A DNA stretch of 43,401 nt from Hydrurus foetidus. Its lineage: Eukaryota. The stretch's first letter is position 1. The number at the start of each line of letters is the position of its first letter. The notes beneath the pieces are model-generated. The model was not told the DNA's origin. It did no database searches and saw nothing but the letters and a program-made list of their open reading frames with translations. The stretch is taken from assembly GCA_900617105.1 (NCBI GenBank), contig UYFQ01000484.1:1-43401 (forward strand), read 5' to 3'. Shown here one piece after another: positions 12,270 to 23,047 of the stretch. The position numbers were made by a program, and so were the translations under genes.

Positions 12270-13412
12270 GTCGTGGATAAGTTGGATGCACCTGGAGGAA
12301 GTTTGCGATAGATTACCTAACATCAGACTAGAATCTGACAAACTCATCCTCCGTCTCCAATTTCCTTCTTAGGTCACACAACCTCAACACTTCCATCATA
12401 CTCTCATCCCCGTTTACTTCTACTAAGTCAGTTTCCTTCATACCCATACTTCTTACTTCATCCTCTAACGTCATGACGGATTGATTACCCCTTCAGGACA
12501 ATTGATCGCATTTTTTGTTGTCCACACCAGCTATGTGAACAATCTGTTGGACATTGATGTCGGCTGCGACACACAGTAGTGTCCATACCATCGATGCGTT
12601 GCTCACTATCGATCCTCTGACCCTCTCAGTGATGGACCAAGTGAGTGCTGTCACACTGTCCCCCCTGAGTCCGAGAACTATCCAAGGATCGCTCCGATAA
12701 ACTCCGACAGATTTTGGAACGAAGAGTCGACTCCAAAACCTAAGAATGTCAAGTCAACGGCGCTGAACCCCCTCGCTACCTCTGCACCGTCTTCTACAGC
12801 GTACCAAATAAGCCCTGCTCCTCTGAGCGATGCATAGAACTCTGCTATCAGAACTGGAGTGGCCGGTACGAAGGACTCTATAATCCTCGTGAACTCTGCT
12901 TCTCGGTACCGCACCAAACATAGCATCGCTCGCCAACATTAAATAGCCACAGTCGCCTGTGCTGTCAAGCTGAATAGAGCGAGTGGATCTTTGCGTCCCC
13001 ACGTCAGACTATTTAGCGCGCCGCAGAAGGGTCTCATTACACGACAAATTTTGCCGTACCGCGTGCCCCACGATGCCAATCGCTGCGCAGTGCGTAGGTT
13101 GAGGCGCTCCTGTACATCCATGCCTATGAATCCATGCAGCGCGGTCAGATGATTCTTCCTTGCTATGCTGACTCTCTTGGATCCAAGATCAACTGTATAG
13201 CCGATAATGTCAAGTCGCACACCCTTCTCGGTTTTCTCATCCGCAACTGCTCCCGAACCGAGTTGGCTGTTGCAGATTTCCCTGGTGTTTGACAGATCCG
13301 TGTCGACGTCATCCGCGAAGCAGACCCTGATGATGTCGTCCACATACATCAGTGTGGTGCTGTGGAGGGAATGTTTTAACTCCCATGATATTGCTCTCGT
13401 CACTACTTGAAC
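12270..13412 (-). pseudogene. DIRS-type reverse transcriptase C-half and RNase H
   Basis: MYVDDII, DIIGYTVD, degenerate DAS motif (FYASLRGAG), QNLSEFIGA and LRGDSVTAL, with frameshifts. The lower boundary is approximate. Confidence 0.85.
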
Positions 13413-13885
13413 CAATTGTACATATTTGACTTTTTTTCTTGTGTTTTAATTTTAAATTTTAAATTTTAAATTTAAATTTTAATTTTAATGAAGGATTCTT
13501 TACTTTCAAACAACCCAGGCAATCAATCTTTCACAGGAGAATTCTGGGCTATCAGTTGCGGTGATTTCATATCTCTTTCGAAAATTATCATGATTGCTTT
13601 GAGAATGATTTTTATTTCTGAAAAGAAATAGGGGTGCCTATGTAATCAGAAAGCAAATGAAACACATTGTGAGGAGATTTGTCATCAATTATATGGCAGA
13701 AATCATACGCCTCAAAGCCTACGGCAGTTATGGTCGGTTCGTTATGCACAGCATACACTAAATTATACGGTATGTCCGGTTGGTTGCGGTCTTTGTACGG
13801 AATACGATATTTTACACCTTTTGTGGCAAATAACGAACAATTGGCAGTGAATTGTGGAGACGGTCACATTTCCTAGTACTCTCAT
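13413..13885 (+). repeat. ~460-bp direct duplication, copy 2
   Basis: Near-identical to 7174-7632 and runs straight into the ORF at 13854. Confidence 0.95.
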
Positions 13886-15667
13886 ACGAAACATACTCGA
13901 AGATCACGAAGACAGAAGCGAAATTCGAACACCGGAAGAGGCATCCCACATCATGAATAATCTGACCGTCAACGATGTCAAATTAAAGCAATACATGCTC
14001 ATCACGAAGGCTGGGCTAATAGCAAGCCAGTCCAATGAGAAGTCGAAAACATGCATGGAAAAGAAAATTATGTCGGTCTTCGTTGAGGCCGTAAACAACT
14101 ATACCTTGCCTGCCTCATTTGCTGGTTTTGATAGAAATGCCCTACTGAGGACCAAAAACTTTCTGGTCACCAGCGAAAAACTTGATGCGGACGACCTTCA
14201 CACCGGAGGATCTCTTTGGAGAAAGTATAGAGAGATTAGGCTGATTTTATTGAATGACTTCGGTGCGATTCTTGCGAAGAATCTCATCGATGGCTTACCA
14301 CCGCCCGGAAAAAGCTTCTCAGATATTCTACTGGAGGTCAGAAACCAACTGCATGAAGCAAATGAGGATATCGCAGAAAAGAAATCCAAGTCAGTTAAGG
14401 GATACAAGCGTCACAATTTTTCAGAGAGATGGTATCCTGCAGAATGGGAAGCTTTCATTACTTACGGTGCAGGCTCATCCCGTCCAGTGGAGTCTCTAAT
14501 ATCGAAGTAAGCTTATCTGGCCATTATCTACTAAATGAGCTACATCTCGTTCATAAGCGACATTATTTTATTTTGATGCATGATCTAGACCTCTTTGATT
14601 GCACCTAATCTACGATTTATTGCGCTGTCTGCTCAGGAAAAACAGCGGTCTGGTAGCAACTGGCTCTCCCGCATCTCGTGAAGTCAGGAAGAGGAATCGC
14701 CACAAAGAAGAGCCGCAGAGTGGGGTGGAGGGAAATCTAGCGGAACGGTCTGTTTTTGTGCCGAAACGAACTTCACAGGAAATGATTCAAAGAAAAGAGA
14801 GAATAATATCGAAGAAGCGGGATGCAACCACTGCGTTCGGGTTGATGGTCGTAGCAAGAAAAGAGAGAGTCAATGAGCTTCACATGCTCTTGGATCTCGA
14901 AAGTGACCCGACTTTGAAAGAATCGCGCAGAAAGACTCTCATGGAATTCCTGGACACTACACCACCCAGCTGTCCCGCTGCAGATACCTCAGGTGCGAAT
15001 AAGATTGAATGAAAGGATAACATAGTGTACAGTGAATTGAAGTGAATTAAAACTTAAGTATCGCCATCGCCTAGTCTCACAACCTCGCCACGCCTAACTG
15101 AATGCAGATGAAGAGGATCACTTGGATAGCGAGGATAACGCGGAAAGCAGCGCTTATCTTAATGTCGAGTCAGATTCCTTCGACAGATGGAATAGAGTGA
15201 GGGAGAATGATGGAGCTACCAAGGGCAACGAGGATGACGACAGCGATGACAGCGGGGACACGGAGGACATACACGAAGCAGCCCAAATGGCTGCCACTCG
15301 GTCATGCGAGCCGTTACTGTATCCAAGCGCATCAGCCGCCATACCGTGTGCTGCTAGCGCAAGTGCAAGGACTCCATCTAATTCTTCTTCGAGCTCATCA
15401 TCCATGGCACACAGCGTGCAAGAAGCAGCCGCACTGCCCGCCACTTCACCTCCATCGCCACCCATTCCGTCTATGGCCACTTCGTCATGCCTAATTACAG
15501 AGCAGTCAGGAGAGAGCAAAATCAATTCAAATGCAGCAGATGAGTCCAAGAAGATCACGAAGTCCTCGTCTTCGAAGAGCGCACTTCAGACAGCTCAGGA
15601 TGTCAACAACGATCTCGATAACGCTATTGATTTCCTCGGCAAAAAATCCAACAGAAGCAAAAAATGA
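13854..15667 (+). CDS. Hypothetical protein, 3 exons, with acidic/Ser-rich C-terminus
   Basis: Three ORFs join in phase through GT-AG introns 14507-14636 and 14993-15107. Start codon uncertain. Confidence 0.65.
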
Positions 15668-16298
15668 TGCAGACGTCTGAATATCGTTTTTGTGACTCCT
15701 ATCATTGTTGCGTTACTTTCTGTCAAAGTGAATCATGCGATAGACAGATCTTTATCAAAGTAAACTGATGTATGATTTAAGGCCAACAAGTTTTACTGAT
15801 AGATACATATGTCCGAACAAGTCAGCTGCATACCGATGCGACTGAAAAGAATTTCACAAGAGTTTCTGTGCACAGTTCGTCACATGAGACTCTTCTCGCA
15901 TATGAAGGAAAGTGCACCCTCTACCCATACAGTTACTACATACAGAACAGACAGAAAAACGTCTGGAGTATGTTAGTACCCCATGATGTCGCCGAATCGG
16001 ATACAGATTTAAGAACCACAGAAAGCAACGCTGCCCTCTAAAGATAGAAGCACGATCGTGATCGCACCGAAGATAATGTCTAATCACCTTAGCGCTTCTC
16101 AAACAAACTATTTTGAAGAGCTCCGAACTTGCAGATAATTTACAGAAAGGACTGGACTCACTGCTGTATTGTTTCGCACATAATAATGTGTCTGATTCAA
16201 TCGAGTATTCTCGTTTTAACTATGCAACGAAGCGAGAAATACTGATTTCTGATTCAAGTATTCATTGTTCTCAAATATCAGCATTTAACATCAATATA

Positions 16299-17189
16299 CG
16301 GGCAAATATATGGGCATACTAAAATCTGGAAAAAATGCTATAACATAGATCCTGTACTAAAATCCTGAAAAATTTACCAAAACACAGCTATTCTAAAATT
16401 TGGATTTTTTGCCCCGAAGTAGAGATCGACCTACTATTTCATGGAAGCCGTACTTGAATAGGTGCGCAATACTAATTTTTAATTTCATGATGCTGCGCTT
16501 TTATTTCTACTTTTTCTTTGGAATGTCATAATGGGACTTCGGGTGATCGCGCAGAAGTCATAATGTTTTTCATCAATTTTCAGTTAGAATGAGAACGGCA
16601 AGGGGGCGGTCAGGGTTAGGGTTAAGAAATGAGTAGATTATTACAGCTGTCAGTAGAAATAGGGTTAGATAAGCCTTGATTTGTTGATGTAGCCTTGATT
16701 TGCTGCGCACGAATCAAAATTGTAAGATATCCATCATTCGGTAGATCAATAACGGACTCACAGGTATTAGTACAATGGTCTATCTAAATAGTGTTATTTC
16801 GTTTTTTCAGTACAACTTTTATTGAAATAGTAGAAGTTAGGCCGGTCCTTATGTACACCGGAATTCCCCCGAACAAGAACAGGATTTGCGAAATTCTTGA
16901 TTTTGATCCATGAATTCTCTCGAAATCGTGCTCCATTTTTTTTCCAGCTCGGTTCGAACAGGAAAAATGGCCCGAAATCTCGTTCGAGATCGAGCAGGAA
17001 TAGAAAAACCGAAATCCTGTTCCTGTTTCAAATGAATTCCGGTGTACATAAGGACCGGCCTTACACATATTTGTATTTGACTATACAAATCTTGTAGTAG
17101 AACATTACACGTTTTAGTATTTTTACATCCGTTTAAGAATTTTTCTCAGTTTTTAAAAGAGTATTTTCAATTGACCGTAAATGGGTGCC
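16299..17189. mobile_element. Non-autonomous relative of the MULE at 30807-35510
   Basis: Left ~180 bp is homologous to 30807-30990 (CGGGYAAATATATGGRCATACTAAAATCTGG). The right end AAATGGGTGCC is shared. Flanks ATCAATATA / ATTGATATA match at 7/9. Confidence 0.8.
16840..17060. mobile_element. Tourist-like (PIF/Harbinger) MITE, 221 bp
   Basis: Perfect 27-bp TIR GGCCGGTCCTTATGTACACCGGAATTC with TTA TSD. Confidence 0.92.
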
Positions 17190-17198
17190 ATTGATATA

Positions 17199-17690
17199 CC
17201 GTCGAGTGCCATATGTTTTGTTTTCCGTTTTCCACCAAAATCACCATTTTGACCCTATTTTTGGCAGTTACGGAGCCAACTGCATTTCAAAGTGGTGTTT
17301 GGTTCAAAATTGAGAAAGCTGAGGTAATTCCGAGCCTTTCGATATATGAAGTCATTAGGTCTCCGTGAAGCGCATCATGGTGTAAATCGCAGTGAAAGTT
17401 TCAGTCATGGTACCGCCGGCGTCAAATTTCTCAATCTGCAGGAGCTTCAAAAAATATCTGAAGGAGGCATTCGACTAAAAAAACTACGAAGAATTCGAAT
17501 ATGACAGCAGATAAGCATGAAATTGCTTCCTGATTGAGATAGCTTTTTCCGTGAAACATCTTTTATCGGAAATCAGTGAAATTTGCAAGAATTTCGGTAA
17601 TTTGTCCCAAAAAAACAGTGATTTTCAGAGCGGAAAAAGGCAATTTGCCGAAATCTTTTTTTTCAAAACAAAACATATGGCACTCGACGG
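17199..17690. mobile_element. Tc1/mariner-type MITE, 492 bp
   Basis: Perfect 26-bp TIR CCGTCGAGTGCCATATGTTTTGTTTT with TA TSD. Confidence 0.92.
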
Positions 17691-18257
17691 TATTACACAG
17701 TACTGAATGCAGAAGAACGACCGCGTGTGGTGGGTCTGCTGTGTGCATGATGGCAGTAACTGTACCTATACGCATTTTTGTTTTTTGCATATACGGAATG
17801 CGAATGTGGCTATGTTCACACTGCACAAACTTTCCGCAGATTTCTAGGTTTCTGGGTGAGTTTTGCATTTACGAGGTCACCCACTTCACACTTCACACGT
17901 CACACCTGCATGCAGCATGCAGCAGCAGCTCAGAGCTCTTCGCATATTGATTACAGCATTCTCAACTAATCAAAAGCGCGTCATGATGACACCTTCCGTA
18001 GTTTGCTAAATTCACTCTCTACTCCAGCGATACACACATCTGATGCAACCCTGCTCTTAGTGGTGTGAAGTACAGGCGAAAGCCTGCACTGTATGTGTCG
18101 AACTCTGTGACATTTGAAGTGAATGCGATGAGCAAACGTTAGAAAGATTATTTAAATACATTTCGACTGCTGCAGGACCAAAGTTTTTGAATCGGTCGAC
18201 ATCATTGAAAACATTCAAAAGTCATCCCCAGCCTAACAAAGTCCTACCATCATCGAT

Positions 18258-19184
18258 ATGTCGTCGACGCAGTCGACTGTTATACGAATCAGGACTTGCT
18301 CTGGAGTGGCTAGAATAGTCCTACAAGGTTCCTTGAGCGATCTGACCGTTGGGACTTTAAAAGAGAGAATTGTTGAAGAAGGTGTTTTCTCCGATCGCGG
18401 AGTGAACTTCGGACTCACAGTTGAAGGGAAGCGGAAAAAAATCACGCTAGATGATTCAACGGAGACACTCGTAAGTATCGGGGTAGTGGATGGGACAATG
18501 TTCACTGTAGACTACAGCGGAGGTATTCGGGCAGACATCGAGATAGCTGAGAAGTTACCCAAAGTATCAGAAGATTTATTCCACTTACCAACTCCGACAA
18601 AAGCAGCGAAAAAAGTCCGCCGAACAGAAGAAACAGGTGAAGCCATCAGCAAAAAAATAATCAAATCAGCTGTCGCTATTGCTGGAGATTTCGATGTGAA
18701 ATATAATCAGAATATGCAGGATCTCGTCACCTACTTCTTCGAAACCAATCTTGGTCCAGAGGGAACGACAGACTTGGGATCATTTTTCTTTAACGAACAT
18801 ATTGCCGCAGCTAGACTTGACGCCCTCACAGCTGGCACAGTGCTTCTGGGGTACATTGAGGGAAGCAATTCTAGCAACGAAAGTGGAGCAGATGAGAGAA
18901 GGATATCTGCTTCTTTCAGCTCAGCTGGTGGCAAAAAATACTTGGAAACATCAAATTGTTTGAGTGATGAGGTTGTTATTCTATTGATGGTTGCCGTCTT
19001 GGAAAGATTATCAACGAAACGCCGCATAAACACTGCGACGGCGAGGAAGATGTTCTCTGTCTCGTCACTTGCATCGAGGGCTCCATGGGTGCTGTGGCCG
19101 ATAGCGAAGACGCACGGTCCGAACCTCTCCGACTGTCAGGAGGCCCTGGACAGACTGCTCAATCGTGCCTACGAAACCGAATAG
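18258..19184 (+). CDS. Hypothetical protein with a probable N-terminal ubiquitin-like domain
   Basis: Intronless 308-aa ORF. The N-terminal pattern VIRIRT..G..RI..TVGTLKERI..TLVSIGVVDG resembles a beta-grasp fold. Confidence 0.7.
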   Translation: MSSTQSTVIRIRTCSGVARIVLQGSLSDLTVGTLKERIVEEGVFSDRGVNFGLTVEGKRKKITLDDSTETLVSIGVVDGTMFTVDYSGGIRADIEIAEKLPKVSEDLFHLPTPTKAAKKVRRTEETGEAISKKIIKSAVAIAGDFDVKYNQNMQDLVTYFFETNLGPEGTTDLGSFFFNEHIAAARLDALTAGTVLLGYIEGSNSSNESGADERRISASFSSAGGKKYLETSNCLSDEVVILLMVAVLERLSTKRRINTATARKMFSVSSLASRAPWVLWPIAKTHGPNLSDCQEALDRLLNRAYETE

Positions 19185-20083
19185 GACATACGATGCCAGA
19201 CACGCACTTTTATCGCTTCCCCGCGTAATCTAAAAATATGGGAATGTCCTCGTTGTTTACTTTACCTTGACCATACCGTAGGGAAAAAGATTTATCGGTA
19301 CATGAGTAATTGAAGTGGTAGCGTACCGCGAAGGCTTCGGGGCAATCAGTTTCATGTTGATAACTGCATGCAGCGAGTGAATCTCGAGACAAACCGCTGC
19401 TAAAATCGTGAATTGGGGACACTTTGGAATTTTTACTTTGTTGGGACTGATCTTGGACAAGAAAGATTCACAGCGATGTCTGCATGTGATGTCACGCCTC
19501 CACATACAGACAGAGTAGGTGTTTGAACAAAGGCTGATTGCGTTCATGGTAGTAGGGATACTTGCTTAAATTAATTTTAGTCAATGTACTTTCTCTAAAT
19601 GTAAGTTAAAGTTGTTGCTGCATCAGGCGGCTTAGAAATATAAAAGATACAGTCATTTTCAGGTGAGAGATCTACCATGTTCGGAAGTTTAAAAAATGCT
19701 GTCCTATTGTTACAAAAAGTGTGAGGGATTCACTGGGCTTGAGAACGTCGCGGTGCACTTCTTAATATGACTTAAGATAGGACTGCTGCATTCCTTTCTT
19801 CTAATCGTGCATTCCCACGGAGGGAACATCGTGCGATAGATGGGTCGTCGAAAGTGAACAATTCAAATAAAACTTTAAAGGCGACAGTCGTTGCGCTACG
19901 GCAATCCGGAGATATAAGAGCTTAACATGGATGATTCGATTGCTGATGTGGAAAACCCTCAAGACGATGAAAGGACGAAATGAGAGGGAGGGAGGGAGAG
20001 ACTCAAGTCCCCTCTAATAAATGAACAACTCGTCTCGTCTCGAGTGGAATGTTTGTTTCGATCTCCTCGACTCGATTCGGCTT

Positions 20084-22430
20084 TCACGTTCTGTACTTCA
20101 TGTCATCGTCCTCGATGTTGCCCAGGAAATGGTTGGATTGCTGCATAGTGCGGTGCTGTGGGCCTGGCTGTGAGTAGTGGAGTTCGGGCTGCAAGGGCAG
20201 TTGGACGGGCATATACGTCAGCTGGTTCATCTGCTGCATGGGCCCGTATCCCGTCATCTGGAATCGACCTCCACCGTCCCCCATGGACTGGTCAGGCATG
20301 AAGTTGTCCCGTTGGTTCTGCATCATGTAGCCTTGGTTACGATTCGATCCTTGGCCCTGGATGCCGGAACGATCCGCACCCCCTCTCGACATTTGTCCTC
20401 CACCTCCTCCTCCCCCGTTGCCGTGTTGATTGTGGTTGTTGCCGTATGGCGATGATTGTTCCTCGTCGTAGCCAGTCAGTCTCTTGTGCTGAACCTTAAG
20501 GCGCTTGCTGCCTATCTGGAAGCCGCTCATGGAGTTGATGGCTGCATCAGCGCTGGTCACAGTGTCGTACGACACGAATCCTTGCAATTGAAAAGAATAT
20601 TTAGTTAGTAGTGAATTTGATTTGGCTATCTTCTATGGAATATCTTCTATGAGACAGGCAGGAATCTGTCCCATTAACTCACCAAATCCCTTGGAGTCCG
20701 AAGTCTTCTTGTCAACGAACACTTTTGCGGAGATGACATTGCCGAAGGGAGCGAAGAGAGTCGCGAGATCAGCGTCAGTGAGGTCCCGCGGGAGGTGGTA
20801 GATGAACAGGTTGGCTCCGGGGGGACCTGCCAAAGAGGGGAGAGGTGTAAAATGATTTGCAAAGGATTTGTAACATGTGAGAGCGGAGGATTCACTGATA
20901 TTGACCTTCAGGTGGTCTCTGATTCGATGAGAGGGATCGGGATGGCATCTCCCCATTGCTGTCGAGGGGGACGTAGAGGTCGTCCTGTTGTTGGTGACTG
21001 GATGCGCTGCTCCCCGAGGAGTTGTCGTTGCTCCTCGCCTTGTCGTTCCTCCCGCCCCCTTGAGGCCATGACCCCGCCCTCTGACCCTGGCCGTGGTCCC
21101 GAGAGGCAGGTGGCTGGAGGTGCACCTGCTGCTGCTGGCGTTGATACCCTGGCTGCGAGGAGTATCTGGGCTGCTGGTGCTGCCCTTCGCCTATGTCACC
21201 TCCATGGCCAGGGTTATTTACTTCGTATGAGTATCCCGGTATGGAGCTGGTTTGCTGCTGCATGTACAGGTACTGCTGCTGAGAGTTGTTGTGGGATCCG
21301 TAGGGCATGCTGAGTGGCAGGGGAAGCAGCTGCTGCTGCTGCTGTTGCATCATATTGTTGTTGTTCGGCATAGCGTACGAGTACATAAATTGCTGTGTTT
21401 GCTGCACTGGAAATTGCTTCCCCCAAAAGTCGGGTATTTTACCCAACACCTGCTGAGACTGGGGTCCATCAGGGTTACCAGAATCCGACCCTGACATGCC
21501 GCTGCCGTCTTCCTTTAATTTCAAAGCCTTCTTGCTGTCGGCGAATTTTACGACGAGGGGTCTCGTAGAACCCTGTGAAGATGGTGGTGAGTGCATTTAG
21601 ATGTCGGTCACTGGGAGTTGCTCACTGCACTTTCTAATATTGAGTTTTACCGGTGGTATTATGTCGTTCATATCCTCTATGGCAACCATCGCGGCGTCGC
21701 GATCAACGAATTTAACGAAAGCGCATCCCTTCGAGCTGCCTTCTGGTCCCCTGATGATGTGCACTTCCCTGAGCTCGCCATAAGGTGCGAACATGTTGTG
21801 GAGGTCTTCCTCATCAATTGTTTTCGGTAGCATTCCGATAAAAAGCTTGTTCTCCCTTTCCGCTTGACTCTCGGCAATGCGCACTTGAAGTGGGTTAATC
21901 GCCTGATAAAGAGGTAGATTTCAGCTTGATTTGTGACGGTGATTTTTCATCGGGGTGATACAAGAACTGACTCAAATTCTCACATTCGGAAGCTTGATTT
22001 TGTCATGCAGCTGATCTACTGCTCTCCTAGCAGACTGCTGCATACAGTACGTAAGGAAAGCGCATCCTACAAAAGAATTAGGTCGGACGGCATGAGTAAA
22101 TAAATCCAAAAAGGCTGGCAGTCGCTAAGTAACGAGACCTTTGTGCGTCTGATTGATTTTGTCCCGAATGACAGTTAGTTCCGCTACCGGTCCGAATTCC
22201 GAAAAGAATGGTAGAAGCAAGTCTTCGTCCATATCTTTTGGTATCTTCATTTTAATTCACGAAATTATACAGTTGATTCATTGCGGTAGGAATCACGCGG
22301 CATCAAAATATTTTTCGCTACGTGCCTGTCCAACAAAAAGTTTGACGAAGTCCGCATCATCGTCAATAAAACTATCACTCCTTTCAGCTGACCGTTCGCC
22401 CGTTACAGATGAAGTCTGAACTTCGTTCAT
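20084..22430 (-). CDS. CELF: CELF/Bruno-like (CUGBP) RNA-binding protein, 3 RRMs, 7 exons
   Basis: RRM1 KLFVGQIPK..KGCAF, RRM2 [27 protein letters not shown]-rich linker, RRM3 [31 protein letters not shown]. Introns at 22245-22325, 22067-22138, 21903-21983, 21573-21650, 20827-20905 and 20581-20682. Confidence 0.95.
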
Positions 22431-22649
22431 TACCAAGATCTGCTCATAAGATATCAAACAAACAATTTTACAACACTCTGGCGTTCCAGCTAATTCCCCT
22501 TGTGGCACTCTATGCTGCCTTGAGTGGTGGTACGACGGCTTTTTCGATGCGTCAATAATTGAGGAGGAGGAATCACAAACCACTTTTAATTTTAAAAACT
22601 CGGTCATTCCAAATTAAAATTGGGAATTGGAAATTATTGGAATAGAAAA

Positions 22650-23009
22650 TGTAGTAATATCAGTATAATAAATTGTTTAGACTAGATATTCCGTATTCGA
22701 TTTGTGATGCTATTATCTGTATTTCACTTCAAAATAACACGTGCGGTTGAACTGACAATTCGAACCGTACGACATACGATGTGACGGAGACAGAGTAGAA
22801 TAGATACGAATCAATTACAACAACTACAAACTACTTTCGATAACTGCTGAGTTGCGGCAGCGCTAATTAACCCAAACTCGTTGCCGAATGCAAGACTTCT
22901 CTTCTGAGTCCAGACAGAACGAGTAAATCAGCGTCGGAGAGTGCAGTGGGGAGCTTGTGAACTAACCGTGTAGAAGTACGGACCAGCTTTCTGTCCACTT
23001 TTTCCAACA
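22650..23009 (+). repeat. 5' LTR of the Copia element
   Basis: Matches 28550-28909. I see one mismatch (23001 T vs 28901 A). Confidence 0.97.
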
Positions 23010-23047
23010 TAATTAGCGCGTCACCGTTACAATTTGAAGTTGTAACG

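Larger units (their letters stand above)
7633..13412 (-). mobile_element. Tyrosine-recombinase retrotransposon (DIRS/Ngaro-like), 5'-truncated and interrupted by a Harbinger-type element
   Basis: RT (YVDD) and RNase H followed by a tyrosine recombinase on the same strand. Gag and the RT N-terminus are absent. Confidence 0.88.

Noticed and set aside
16612..16625. Telomere-like GGGTTAGGGTTA
   Set aside because: Only two units, internal to a transposon.
16784..17969. ORFs listed over the MITE cluster
   Set aside because: They cross TIR and TSD junctions, so they are chance frames.
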